From positions 1 through 64,000 of the forward strand of contig MCFE01000343.1 in NCBI GenBank assembly GCA_002104905.1: a stretch of 64,000 nucleotides of DNA. Reading direction: 5' to 3'. The notes below the pieces were generated by a model. The model did no database searches, was not told the DNA's origin, and worked only from the letters and a program-made list of their open reading frames with translations. This stretch comes from Basidiobolus meristosporus CBS 931.73. Lineage: Eukaryota; Fungi; Basidiobolomycota. The position numbers were made by a program, and so were the translations under genes. This document shows, piece by piece, positions 22,950 to 37,000 of this stretch (position 1 is the stretch's first letter; every line of letters starts with the position of its first letter).

Positions 22950-24200
22950 TATAATAGCATTGATGCAAACAGGAAGCTCAAACAGGATTACAACAGCATC
23001 AAGTATAGACCCAAATCCCAACTTCTCAGTATATATACACCATAGAAACCTGGAAGCACAACAAAGTTATACAAAGATTAGGCCTGTAGTACAGCCAGAG
23101 ATAGCATGAGGGAGTGATAGTATAGTATACATATGCTGCCATGATATCAGAAGAAATTCTAATACAGGAGGCTGTTGAATGTGGCAATAAAGAGTGGGCT
23201 GATATACAGGAGTCCATAAGAAAATGACACAAAGTTGTCTAAGGAATGGCATAGATTGGGTCCATCTGCCCCCAAAGAGAAGCATATGGCACTTAATGAG
23301 TTTCATTCACAGTATCCTGGATTCAAGCATGCAAATGGGTCCTGGGCTGGTATTGAACTATTCTAAAAATATCTGAAGAATATTAAACGCTATTGGAGGC
23401 AGAAAACCAAGTGATAGCAGCAATGGTGATAATAGTAGAAGGAAAGGCAAAGAGAAAGTAAGGGAAGTCCCTCTAAAAGGAAATCAGAGAAATGTCTAAG
23501 AAACACAATATTTTGTAGTAGCCAATACTCTGATGCAACAAAGCTCCAAATCTCTAGAGAGACAAGAAGAAACACCAAGAAGATCAAGGGTATTTCAGCA
23601 GGTGCAGCAACATGGCCCTTTAAGCAATTGCCTGAAGATGCTGAGGAACCTGTGGAGATTCAGAACAAGCCTACTACAGGCAGTTGTGTAGAGATCTCAC
23701 CCACTAACAAAGCAGCACCACTAAAAGATGCAAATTGATCCAAATGACCTTGGTAGATTTTTGTAGGTCAACAATGCATGCCATATCACTCCAGAAGACC
23801 TTTAATGGAGATGAGAGCATAAGTGCCTACAATTATGGTGGAGAGTTAATGGAGGAACTAGCTAAAGCATTGCTAAATAAAGGAATCCTCAATGCACTGG
23901 AATGTATGGGAATGAGTGAATAATAGCTGGCACAAGACTGTTTGGACACAACCAAACAATTGGAGGATAGATGCTTGCATTGAACACTACTTGAATGGTG
24001 GGTTTTAATGGGACAACTGATACAGTGTAAAATTGGGGAATGGCATGATAGAGCTATTGGACTTATGTACTAGTCCATACATAAAAGTATTGAGAAACAA
24101 CTGAGGATTGTGATAAAATAAGCTATGAGCATACAGGAATATTGAGGGAGTAATAAGAGCTCAAGAAGCAGGAGCATGACCAATATAAGATGGCCAATGA
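22950..24200 (+). mobile_element. Decayed dispersed repeat, copy 1
   Basis: 23200-23400 aligns with 57060-57270 and 23655-24130 aligns with 58165-58560; shared peptide remnant PPKEKH..L...HS.YPGF.HA..SW.GI.L..KYL. Confidence 0.6.
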
Positions 24201-24489
24201 ATGAGCAGTAATAGTAGCAGAATAATGAGAGTGCACAATCAGGAAGTAAGAGACAAGAATGATAACCAATTAATGACAATATGAAGGGTAATAGATAGTC
24301 AGAATATGACTTAGTGTCCACCATAATTAGGGTGCAATTCTTTTCTAGCAGATTATATATGGGATCCTTGTAGACATATGACCCCTCACTTATGTGATAT
24401 TAATTTGGCAATGGCCCTTTGGTAGGATTGTTACTCAGACTTCTAATAGAGTATTCCTTGGAAAGCAGTGCACCAATGCCACCTTGATG

Positions 24490-24882
24490 CATCTACAGCT
24501 ACTATGTGAGGACTTTGTAGTAAGATACAACCAGGTCTTTTACAGGCACAGGCCATAATATGAATACTTTTGTAACTATAGTATCCACTCTCTGTTACGC
24601 CTGGCAAATAGTGTGAAGACTATAGGGCCATGATTTACATTCTGCAAGTTTCCAATGGAGTGGATGTGTGGGGAGATGGAAAGAAGGGCTAAATTGCAAG
24701 CAATTTCATATACAAACCTGATCAAGAATATAACATCAACATCTGTAATAGATGTGATGAGTTGTCATGTAGAGTATGCTGAAGAAGTAGTGAAAGAAAA
24801 TGAACACAGGTGCACACATGGAGATAAATATGGAAATAGGACAACAAAGACAAGTCTGCCAAAAGCATGTACAACAGGTTAA
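24490..24882 (+). mobile_element. CACTA/EnSpm (CMC)-type transposase remnant
   Basis: Translates across stops as ..FVVRYNQVFYRHRP..CNYSIHSLLRLANSVKTIGP*FTFCKFPMEWMCGEMERR..YTNLIKNI, matching the H-x-L-x-H...GP...W-x-F-P-x-E-R motif of this family. Confidence 0.65.
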
Positions 24883-25814
24883 CACTACACCTCTTGGTAT
24901 GATATCCACCAAAAGGAAAGAGGAATAACAAACAGGTGGGGGACTAATGTCCAGCAAGCAGAAGGAAAGAAATGGCTGAAAATCAACTGGTACTTTGTGG
25001 ATATCAAAGAGCTGATAATGGCAAAGGTGGCCAACATATTGCATAAGTTAGCCAAGTACATCTACTACCTACCATATAATGAATATGGCTACTATGCAGG
25101 CATCAAGTGGAACTACTGGCAACTAGAGGTAACAGAAGTATGCCAATTGCAGCAGGTATGTGCATATACAAAGGCAAATTGAGAAAACCCAATAGTATTA
25201 TTTTATTCAAACTATATGTGGAGTATCCATGGTATGATGGGCAAAATAAACAGGCAATCTGTTTATAACAGAATATGCTTCTAGTAAAATGGGTTGGGGT
25301 TGTTCTTTTGCCTTTTTAGACTCATTGCTGCTTTAAGAAGATTGCTTCTTTTCACAGTAGTTGTTTTATGGTAGAGCCTCTTGCATATAACTGACTGCAC
25401 CATTGTCCATGCCCAAGTATTGTGATAATATGGCTCAAAAAGGTTTTAGTCTTGTTTTCCTTGCTTAAAGCCACCTGTAGTATTAATGCCCACATATCTG
25501 CATTATGTGCCATTGTAAGGATTTAAGTGGTGGGAAAGTCCTTTGGCACTTGTTAAGACATGATTGGATTGTTCTAACCTATGCATAAACATTCTGCTGC
25601 CAAAATTAATATCTCAAAGGTTACAACAGAAGTTTTCATACTTGACAGCATCTGGAAAGTACTTGTGGGACATTCTTGATTCCAGCCAGTCATTTATGGC
25701 ACTACCAAATATAAGCATCTATACACTCAGATTCAAACTGGTGAGGATTATTTAGCTTCCAGAATGAATGACATGGAGCAGGCTTAGTAAGCAAAGTATT
25801 GGACCAGCAGCACT

Positions 25815-26063
25815 TTGCCATTCCGAGGAGTATTTCCTGACAAGATTGGTATTAGAAATATCTTGGATGCTGTTCCAGTCAGGATTAGAAGGCCCAAAAG
25901 AAGCCAAAGAGACTTTTTTCTGGCCAGGTACAAAAACCACCATGTAAGACTCCTGGCATTACATGACTATGAAGGAAATATCATAACAATTGATGAGCTA
26001 TACATGGGAAAGCATCCTAACATGCAGCTATGGGTGAGAAGCCTAGCACCATTTCAGCAATAA
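25815..26063 (+). mobile_element. PIF/Harbinger-ISL2EU (DDE_Tnp_4-like) transposase fragment
   Basis: FPDKIG..ILDAVPVRIRRPKRSQRDFF..RYKNHHV..LALHDYEGNI......GKHPNMQLW matches the IDG-x4-I-x-RP...Q..FYS..K..H...D..G.I...G...D..W pattern. Confidence 0.6.
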
Positions 26064-26339
26064 TCACAGCCTAAGACCTATGTAAATAAGTAAGCATGAA
26101 TATCTAGTCTTGAACTTGATAATTACAACACGCATGGCCTAGAGCCAGCTTTGGTTCACTATTGACTTACATCCTAGCTTACAAAAGACTAATTTGATAT
26201 AATGGTAAATCTTCTACTTGCTCCATGAAATCTCCAGAGTACTGGCATGTATTTGATCTTGGGTGCTTTGGCATACTTGAATTCTTGCATAAAAGCTCAC
26301 ATCCAGAGCCTAGGTCAGGATCACAAAGCTGACATCTAA

Positions 26340-29300
26340 GATTTGAGTCAAGGTGTTGGTTGTTAAGATATAGAACCAGGGTCAAGGTGCAAAACAGAGA
26401 TCTAGCACCTGGGTAATGGCAGTGAAAGTTGAGATCTAGGACCTGGGCCAAGGTGTTGAGAGATAAGATCCAGGATGTGGGCCAATGTGAAGAAAGCAGA
26501 GATCTAGGACCTGGGCAATGATGATGAAAGCTGAGATATAGAACCTGGATCATGGTGATGGGAGTTGAGAACCAGGATGTGGGTAAAGGTGAAGAAAGTA
26601 GAGAATTAGGACCTGGGGAATTGTGATGTAAGCTGAGATTTAGGACCTGGGCTAAGGGGATGGTGATGATAGTCAAAGTCTAGGACCTGGATCAAGGTGA
26701 TGAAATCTGAGATTCAGGATGGTGGTCAAGGTGAAGAAAGTAGAGATCAAGAACTGAAGTGAAGGTGAAGAAAGTAGAGATCTAGGACTGCAGTCAAGAT
26801 GAAGAAAATTAGATCTATGATGTTGTTAAGGTGAAGTAAGTAGAGATGTGGGGCCTGCATAAGGGTGATGAAAGTTGAGTTCTAGGGCCTGAATCAAGGT
26901 TATGAATGTTGAGATCTAGGACCTGGATTATGGTGATTAATGTTGAGATCTATGACTAAAGTTATGGTGATGAGAGCTGATGCCTAGGGCTTTTGTATAC
27001 AGTAATGACAGTGGAGATCTAGGATCAGGTTAAGGTTATGAAAGCTGAGATATAGGACCTAGATTATGGTGATTAATGCTGAAATCTATGACCTAAGTTA
27101 TGGTGATGAAAGTCAATGCCTAGGGCTTGCATATATGGTGATGATGGTTGATATCAAGTACCAGGTTAAGGTGATGAAAGTTGAGATCTAGGACCTGGAT
27201 GATAGTGATGAAAGATGAGATCTAGGACCTGGGTCATGGTGGTATAGATCTAGGTCTTGGGTTATCGTGATGCTAGTAGAGATCTAAGGCCTGGCACATG
27301 AGTATTAAAGTTGGGATCTAGGACCTGGGTAATAGTAATGAGAGTTGAGATCTAGGACCTGGGTAATGGTGATGAAAGTTGAGATCTTAGAACTGGGTAA
27401 TAGTGATGAAAGTTGAGATCTAGGACCTGGGTAATGGTTATGAAAGTTGAAATCTAAGACCTGGGTAAGAATGAAGAAAATTGAGATCTACAACCTAGGT
27501 GATTGTGATGAAAGTTGAGATCTATTACCTGGGTTAAGGTGATGAAAGTTGAGATATAGGACCTGGGTAATAATAATGAATGTTGAGATCTAGGACCTGG
27601 GTAATAGTGATGAAAGTTGAGATTTAGGACCTGAGCTAAGGTGATGAAAGTAGAGATCTAGGACATGGGTAATGGTTGTGAAAGCTGAGATCTACGACCT
27701 GGGTAAGAGTGATGAAAATTGAGATCTAGGACCTGAATAATAGTGATGAAGGCCGAGATCTATAACCTGGGTAAGAGTGATGAAAATTGAGATCTAGGAC
27801 CTGGCTGAGGTGAAGGAAAATGAGATCTAGGACCTGGGCCAAGGTGATGAAAGTTGAGATCTAGGACCTGGGCTAAGGTGATGAATGTTGAGATTGAGGA
27901 CCTGGGCTAAGGTGATCGAAAATGAGATCCAGGACCTGGGCCAAGGTGATGAAGTTGAGATCAAGGACCTGGACCAAGGTAATCAAAGTTGAGATCTAGG
28001 ACCTGGGTCATGGTGATGAATGTTGAAGTTTAGGTCCTGAGCTAAGGTGATGAAAGTTGAGATTGAGGACCTGGGCTAAGGTGATGGAAAATGAGATCCA
28101 GGACCTGGGCCAAGGTGATGAAAGTTGACAATTGAGAGCTAGGACCCGGCTAACGTGATGGAAAATGAGATCTAGGACCTGGGCCAAGGTGATGAAAGTT
28201 GAGATCTAGGACCTGGGCTAAGGTGATGAAAGTTGAGATTGAGGACCTGGGCCAAGGTGATGGAATATGAGATCCAGGACCTGGGCCAAGGTGATGAAAG
28301 TTAAGATCTAGGGCCTGGACCAAGGTAATCAAAGTTGAGATCTAGGACCTGGGTTATGGTGATGAATGTTGAAGTTTAGGTCCTGGGCTAAAGTGATGAA
28401 AGTTGAGATTGAGGGCCTGGACCAAGGTAATCAAAGTTGAGATCTAGGACCTGGGCCAACGTGATGAATGTTGAAGTTTAGGTCCTGGGCCAAGGTGACA
28501 AAAGTTGAGATTGAGGACCTGGGCTAAGTTGATGAATGTTGAGATCTAGGACCTGGGCTAAGGTGATGAATGTTGAAGTTTAGGACCTGTCTAACGTGAC
28601 GGAAAATGAGATCTAGGACCTGAGCTAAGGTGATAAAAGCTGCGATCTAGGACATGGGTAATAGTGATGAAAGGTCAGATCTAGGACCTGGGCTAAGGTG
28701 ATGAAAGTTGAGATCTAGGACCTGGGTCATGGTGATGAAAGTTGAGATCTATAACCTGGGCCAAGGTGATGAAAGTTGAGATTGAGGACCTGGGCTAAGG
28801 TGATGGAAAATGAGATCCAGGACCTGGAGCAAGGTGATGAAAGTTGAAAATTGAGATCTAGGACCTGGATAATAGTGATGAAGGTTGAGATCTATAACCT
28901 AGGTAAGAGTGATGAAAATTGAGATCTAGGACCTAGCTAACTTGATGGAAAATGAGATCTAGGACCTGGGCCAAGGTGATGAAAGTTGAGATCTAGGACC
29001 TGGGCTAAGGTGATGAAAGTTGAGATTGAGGACCTGGGCTAAGGTGATGGAAAATGAGATCTAGGACCTGGGCCAAGGTGATGAAAGTTGAGATCTAGGA
29101 CCTGGGCCAAGGTGATGAAAGTTGAGATCTAGGACCTGGGTCATGGTGATGAAAGTTGAGATCCAGGACCCAGGTCACGGTGATGAATGTTGAGATCTAG
29201 GACCTGGGTCAAGGTGATCAAAGTTGAGATCTAGGACCTGGACTAAGGTGATGGAAAATGAGATCTAGGACCTGGGCCCAGGTGATGAAAGTTGTGATCT

Positions 29301-32170
29301 AGGACCTGGGCTAAGGTGATGAATGTTGAATTTTAGGTCCTGGGCTAAGGTGATGGAAGTCAAGTTCTAGGACCCGGGTCATTGTGATGAAAGTTGATAT
29401 TGAGGACCTGGGCCAAGGTGATGGAAGTTGAGATCTAGGACCTTGGCTAAGGTGATGGAAAATGAGATCTAGGACCTGGGTCATGGTGATGAATGTTGAG
29501 ATCTAGGATCTGGACCAAGGTGATGAATGTTGAAGTTTAGGTCCTGGGCCAAGGTGATTAAAGTTGAGATCTAGGACCCGGGTCATGGTGATGAAAGTTG
29601 AGATTGAGGACCTGGGCCAAGGTGATGGAAGTTGAGATCTAGGACCTGGACTAAGGTGATGAAAGTAGAGATCTAGGACCTGAGCTAAGGTGATGACTGT
29701 TGAAGTTTAGGACCTGGCTAACATGATGGAAAATGAGATCTAGGACCTGAGCTAAGATGATAAAAGCTGAGATCTAGGACATGGGTAATAGTGATGATAG
29801 TTCAGATCTAGGACCTGGGTTAAGATGATGAAAGTTGAGATCTAGGACCTGGGTCATGGTGATGAAAGTTGAGATCTATAACCTGGGCCAAGGTGATGAA
29901 AGTTGAGATTGAGGACCTGGGCTACGGTGATGGAAAATGAGATCCAGGAACTGGATCAAGGTGATGAAAGTTGGAAATTGAGATCTAGGACCTGGATAAT
30001 AGTGATGAAGGTTGAGATCTATAACCTGGGTAAGAGTGATGAAAATTGAGATCTAGGACCTGGCTAACTTGATGGAAAATGAGATCTAGGACCTGGGCCA
30101 AGGTGATGAAAATTGAGATCTAGGACCTGGGCCAAGGTGATGAAAGCTGAGATTGAGGACCTGGGCTAAGGTGATGGAAAATGAGATCTAGGACTTGGGC
30201 CAAGGTGATGAAAGTTGAGATCTAGGACCTGGGTCATGGTGATGAAAGTTGAGATCTAGGACCTGAGTCATGGTGATGAAAGTTGAGGCTGAGGACCTGG
30301 GCCAAGGTGATAGAAGTTGAGATCTGCAACCTGGGCTAAGGTGATGGTAAAGGGATCTAGGACCTGGGTCAGATCTACAACCTGGGCTAAGGTGATGGAA
30401 AATGAGATCCAGGACCTGGGCCAAGGTGATGAAAGTTGAGATCTAGGACCTGGGTCATGGTGATGAAAGTTGAGATTGAGGACCTGGGCCAAGGTGATAG
30501 AAGTTGAGATCTAGGACCTGGGCTAAGGTCATGGAAAGTGAGATCTAGGACCTGGGTCATGGTGATGAATGTTGAGATCCAGGACCTGGGCCAAGGTGAT
30601 GAATGTTGAAGTTTAGGTCCTGTGCTAAGGTGATGAAAGTTTAGATTGAGAACCTGGGCTAAGGTGATGGAAAATGAGATCTAGGACCTGGGCCAAGGTG
30701 ATGAATGTTGAGATCTAGGACCTGGGCTAAGGTGATGAACGTTGAGATCCAGGACCTTGGCCAAGGTGACAGAAGTTGAGATCTAGGACCTGGGCCAAGG
30801 TGATGAAAGTTGAGATCCAGGACCTGGGTCAAGGTTATAAAAGTTGAGATCCAGGACCCAGGTCATGGTGATAAATGTTGAGATCTAGGACCTGGGTCAA
30901 GGTGATCAAAGTTGAGATTTAGGACCTGGACTAAGGTGATGGAAAATGAGATCTAGGACCTGGGCCCAGGTGATGAAAGTTGTGATCTAGGACCTGGGCT
31001 AAGGTGATGAATGTTGAATTTTAGGTCCTGGGCTAAGGTAATGGAAGTCAAGATCTAGGACCTGGGTCATGGTGATGAAAGTTGATATTGAGGACCTGGG
31101 CCAAGGAGATGGAAGTTGAGATCTAGGACCTTGGCTAAGGTGATGGAAAATGAGATCTAGGACCTGGGCCAAGGTGATGAATGTTGAAGTTTAGGTCCTG
31201 GGCCAAGGTGATGAAAGTTGAGATCTAGGACCCGGGTCATGGTGATGAAAGTTGAGATTGAGGACCTGGGCCAAGGTGATGGAAGTTGAGATCTAGGACC
31301 TGGGCTAAGGTCATGGAAAATGAGATCTAGGACCTGGGTCATGGTGATGAATGTTGATATCTAGGACCTGGGTTAAGGTGATGAATGTTGAGATCCAGGA
31401 CCTTGGCCAAGGTGATGGAAGTTGAGATCTAGGACCCAGGCTAAGGTGATGAAAGTTGAGATTGAGGACCTGGGCTAAGGTGATGGAAAATGAGATCTAG
31501 GGCCTGGGACCAGGTGATGAAAGTTGTGATCTAGGACCTGGGCTAAGGTGATGAATGTTGAATTTTAGGTCCTGGGCTAAGGTGATGGAAGTCAAGTTCT
31601 AGGACCCGGGTCATGGTGATGAAAGTTGATATTGAGGACCTGGGCCAAGGTGATGGAAGTTGAGATCTAGGACCTGGGCTAAGGTGATGGAAAATGAGAT
31701 CTAGGACCTGGGTCATGGTGATGAATGTTGAGATCTAGGACCTGGGCCAAGGTGATGAATGTTGAAGTTTAGGTCCTGGGCCAAGGTGATGAAAGTTGAG
31801 ATCTAGGACCCGGGTCATGGTGATGAAAGTTGAGATTGAGGACCTGGGCCAAGGTGATGGAAGTTGAGATCTAGGAGCTGGGCTAAGGTGATGGAAAATG
31901 AGATCTAGGACCTGGGTCATGTGATAAAAGTTGAGTTCAACAATTTGGTTGAAGGTACAGAATATTGAACAAAAGGATAAAGTAAAGTGATTGTCAAGAT
32001 TCAATACCTATGTCAAGACAATAATAGGCGGTACTAGGACCTTGGTTAAGGTTATTAAAGCACATATCTAGGACCTGGGTAAGGATTAAAATAGCAAACA
32101 TCCGGGTCTTGGTTTAAGGTGACAAAAGCTGAATATCATGACCAATGTCAAAGTGACATCAGTTGAGATA
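26340..32170 (+). repeat. 34-bp satellite, left array (AGGTGATGAAAGTTGAGATCTAGGACCTGGGCCA)n
   Basis: Degenerate at 26.3-27.3 kb; homogeneous at ~27.3-31.92 kb (roughly 135 monomers); internal ~1.13-kb block duplication (28570 vs 29697). Confidence 0.95.
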
Positions 32171-33999
32171 TAGTATTTTGATTAGATGATGTAAAGGAAT
32201 TGCGGTTTCTTCTGGTAAGACATGATACTGATCTGACAGATAATACTGATATATTGTTAGGTTAATATTTATTGCTAAATATCTTGACTAATGCTAGATC
32301 TAATTTGATAAAATAAGTGGTAGACTGTACCAAAAGGAGCTACAATTTTTACAAGACTGACCAAGTGCTGTTAGTTACTCCAAGTAGCAAGTCTGTTGAA
32401 TAGGGCCTGAATTTGCTTTTACTAAGTAAGCTGATATATAATAAATCAATATGGACCAGATAGGTTTTATCATTGGAAATTGCCTCAAATGCAAACTTTG
32501 ATCCACCAACACTCTATCACTAGCTGTTTAAGTTTTGGCTTTAGTCCATGTGACTCATGAAAACACTCAGAAATATGGTTAGTTTCAGATGAAAGCAAAT
32601 TATTGTGCTTAAATGGTCTAAATACTATTACTGCCACAATGAGTGTTTATATGGATTTTTGATATTGTAAGTGTACAAGACAATTAGTTAAAAATTCAGG
32701 AGGAATCATAGCAACCAAAGAGAGAGCAGGTTTACACATAGATATGTATGTCATTTATGTTGCACATATTATCCTCATTAGATGCTCATAATGAATTGGA
32801 AAGATGCTTCAACAATTGGTTAGCCACCCAAAGATGTGTTCACCATCCTGAAGAAAGATTCATACCTAATCCATCCTGGCTTGCAAAAAACTTCCTACAT
32901 TTGCCATGGAAGTCAAAGAGGTATCTGGATATGCAAGAATGCACAAGCAAAAGTGAATATAGATCAAGTTATTGCTCATAAGAATGGCAGCCAAGTATAC
33001 GCACCTCTGCAGAAGAAATATAGCGTAAAACTATGCCAAGTGCCCACCATTTATTCAAGAGTGTATAGTGGAATTTTTATGCTAGTGATTTTAAAGCGCA
33101 CACTTGATTTCTACAACAGAAATAATCATATGATCCTAAATGATGGAAAGGGCAAAGTAACCAAATGTAGGCCCTACATACACCAATCCTGTGTAAAACT
33201 GCTATAAAAATTAAACTTTTGAATGACACAAAACAATCCAGTGTTTCAATATTGAGAGTATTGATGATATCTATGTAGCAAGTTCCACAAAATCAAAAGT
33301 GTACAATTGTTTAATGCAGTGCAACTAGCAATATGAAGAGTTTTTTTGTGTCATAGATGCCTGCTACTGACATCTAGACTGGACAATCTGATGTGTTTAT
33401 TTGTTAAGTAAATATGCCAAAGTAATGCCAGTCACTTGAAATTACAATAATAGCTGTTCTGATACACTCATCAGATGAGAGTGAACCAATAGCATGTGGA
33501 AATGCTGGAAGTTCACAATAGTATTGAGAGGTATGGCTTATATGTAGCAAACCAAACAGGTGTCTAAGATCTCTGTATTAACCTGGCCTAGGACCTGAAT
33601 CTAGAATCCAATGATCTTAGCTATAGATCCCAATGTGGCATTTAACTACCTTTGAAAGTTGCTTCATCTGTACTTAAATCAGTAGTTATTGTCATGAGCT
33701 TGATGTTTGATTACTTCTGACACCAGTTCTGAATTTACTTGCTATTTGTAGACTCTGATCATGAGCACAGATTTGATGCCATTGCCTAAAATGCTTGTTC
33801 TTATACTCTATTGTATGTTAATTTCCAGGTTAATAGGCAACCATTACATGTATTCTGGTATCACTCTTACTTGCTTGCAAAGTCCAATTCTAGTTTTTCA
33901 TCTGCTGGTCAAGGTTAACAGAAAAATTGGATAACCATAACATGTGAATTCATCCTGTATTGTGATATATTACAAAGGTCCTAAAGAAAGTTGTTGAAC

Positions 34000-34081
34000 A
34001 TTTGCCCTAGGCCTCCCTGGCGCACTATGGCATTATTTGGCACTTGTGGCTCAATGTGGCACTATCCAACAGAATAAGTCT
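34000..34081. mobile_element. Terminal fragment of the ATT-TSD TIR family
   Basis: Matches the reverse complement of 59448-59530, ends ...AATAAGTCT followed by ATT; the other end was not found. Confidence 0.6.
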
Positions 34082-37000
34082 ATTAAGTAATGTCCAAGAT
34101 TTCTACATTCTGCACCTGACCAAGTGTTATATGCAAGAGAGAAATGTGATAAAAACTTTTCAATGGTTTTGACTAGATCATAGAGACAAGTAAGAATTTA
34201 TTCTAGAAGTGTCAGGAAGTGGCTAAAGTAGTGAAAGTAAGGTTCTGGTCAAATACTTGTATTAAATATTGCTGGCTTAGCTATAAAGACAATGCAGTAG
34301 ATTTGCTATGCAGCCTAGGCTTGGTGCTCTTAGAGTGGTAGATGTACTAGGCTTGCAAAGAAGCTAGAAAGAATTGTTGAACTCTCAATGTTATTGAGTA
34401 ACAATCCTCATTTTCTGGGAAATACACTATGCCTGAAGGTTATTCAAGTTTTATTTATACTTTTCTGATCAATGTGAATTAGTAAGCACCAATATGCTGG
34501 ATTTCTAATGGAAATTTTTAGGTGCTGAATGGTAGATAAGATAAGTTAAAATGCATTATCATCAGATGGTGTCTAGGCAAGTGACAAGGTATTGGATAAG
34601 TCTTATATGAGTATTCACCTGGGTAGGCTTGGCAGATCAATTGATGATGTGATAATCAAACAAAAATAGGTTAGGTGCAATAGCTAAAAACTGATTCTTA
34701 GATGGGATACAAAGTAAACACGGGTGAGCATTGGTTATTTTTGGGTTAGGACAAATCAGTTAGGGCACTTGATTTTCTGAATTAGCAAACTTAACTATGG
34801 TTTGAATGTTGATGCACAACACCAAGGCCAAGATCAATACCTAAATCACCTACACTTAGGCTGTGGATATTAGCTCATATGACTGTGGGCATTTCAAAGA
34901 TTCTAACTTTTCAGCACCTTTACCTTAATGTTACATTCAACTGATGCTACCTGGTTCCATGTCCTGTATATCAGCTCTTATGATATGGAGCAATGTCTAA
35001 TATTACTACTTTTTGCACATTCAGTAAGGTCATAATTCTCAGCCTTCATCATCTGGGCATGGGCTCAGGTATGCAGCTATTATCACTTGTACTCAAGTCC
35101 CAGGTTACAACTTGAATCACCTGGACTGAGGTTTGGGACTTTAACTTTCAACTCTTGCACCCAAGGTCCTGGATCTCATCCTAAATTGTCTGTTCACAGG
35201 TTCTGAATAAGATCTCTCATTACATTGAGTAATATACAGGATTACAACAACCAGCACATGGCCCCAATCCTGGAACCCAATTTACATCTCCATACCCAGG
35301 TCTTGGGTATCATCTCTCTTCAAATTTAGCTCTATCAAACACACAACTTTGAGCACCTTTCAGTTCAGTCTTGTATCTCAATAGTTATCACCTGGACCAT
35401 ACTCTGGCAATCAACTTGAGTCAAATTATGCAATATTCAATAATACAACTTTCAGCACTTTGAATAAGGCCTTACAGCTCAACTTCCATCCACCAGATCA
35501 AGGCCCAGAGTTTTGAGCTTACATTACTTTGTCTAGGTTGTGGATATTAGTCTCCAATAAAATTGAGGAATAATCCAAGAATATCACTTTAGCGACTGAA
35601 TCCAATTCCCAGGTCTTAGCATTTGACACTTTGTTCAGGTCCTGGACTTCTATTTATATTACATACCTATAATTCACAACTTTAAACACCTTGAGCCCAG
35701 GTCCTACATCTCAGCATTCATGTGCTGGACCATATCTTAGATCTTTGTTATCCTCACCTATACCAATAATCCAAGATGTCTTACTCTCAGCATCTCTATC
35801 CATGTCCACAATACCAACTCTCAAAACATTGAGTAATATTCAGGTTTACAACTTTCAACATCTTGGCTAGGTTCAGCATCTTGACTTTTATCATTGGGTA
35901 CTGGTTCCAGATTGTAGCTCTCTTTACCTGCTCCTAGGACCTGGATATCAAATTTCAGTACCTTGACCTAGGTCTTAGATCACCACCTAAATCACCAAGA
36001 CCTAGGCCGTAGATGTCAACTGTGATTATTTTTAACAAAATCAAAGATTACAGCCATCTACACCTGGAAGTGGGTTCTAGATCTCACTTAAGTCATTGTA
36101 CCAAAGTTCTAGATATAAACTCTCTTTGAATTGGATATTATCTAACACTACAATTTTCAGCACCTAGACTCAGGTCATTATATTACCTTGCTTGGGACTG
36201 GGTTCTCTGATCTCTAGATATTAAGAAATATATAATATTTCAGCATTAAGCGCATTAAGCTAAGGACTTATATCTCAAGCTAGATCAAATTGCCTAGGTA
36301 TTGGACTTTTATTTTTGCTACCTTGAGCAACAACCAAGATTGAAACTTACAGCATACTTAATAAAGGTTGTAGACCTTAAAATATACTCCTGTAGCAAGG
36401 TTAATCTTGTCTTGAATTACCATGCCCAGGACTTCACTGTCAACTATCAATTGGTGTAGCAGTACACAAGATTACAACTTTTAGCACCTTGACCAAGATA
36501 TTGGATCACAGCTTACATCTTCTAGTTTCAGAATCTACATCATAGTTTATATTATTTTACCCAGGTTGTGAATATTGACTCTCCTTAAATTGAGTAATAG
36601 TCAGCACTACAACTTTCAGTTCCTAGAGCACAGATCCTACATCTCAACTGCACCTAGACCCAAGCTCTAGATCTTTGCACTAATCTCCTGACCCCAGGAC
36701 CTATATATCAACTCTCAGCACCTTGACTCAGGTCCTAAATGATAACACTCATTTTATTGGATAATATCAGAAGTTTCAGCTTTAGCACCTGGATCCAGAT
36801 CCTAGATCACACCATTCATCTCCTGTACCCAGGTCCTGTACTGTAGAATGCATTACCATGGTCAGGTCCTATGCATCAAACCAAGCAATAACCCACATCT
36901 CATCTTTCATCACATTAGCCCACCTTCCGGATTTCTGCCATCAGCACCTGGACCCAGGTCCTATATCAATGCTCTCATCACCTGGACCAAGGTCCTAATG

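Noticed and set aside
27300-31920. CRISPR-like array (34-bp partly palindromic repeats)
   Set aside because: Monomers are head-to-tail with no unique spacers, there are no cas genes, and the context is eukaryotic.
33250-33300. Reverse-transcriptase-like IDDIYV motif in the spacer between the satellite arrays
   Set aside because: It is an isolated hexapeptide without the flanking RT motifs; could be chance.
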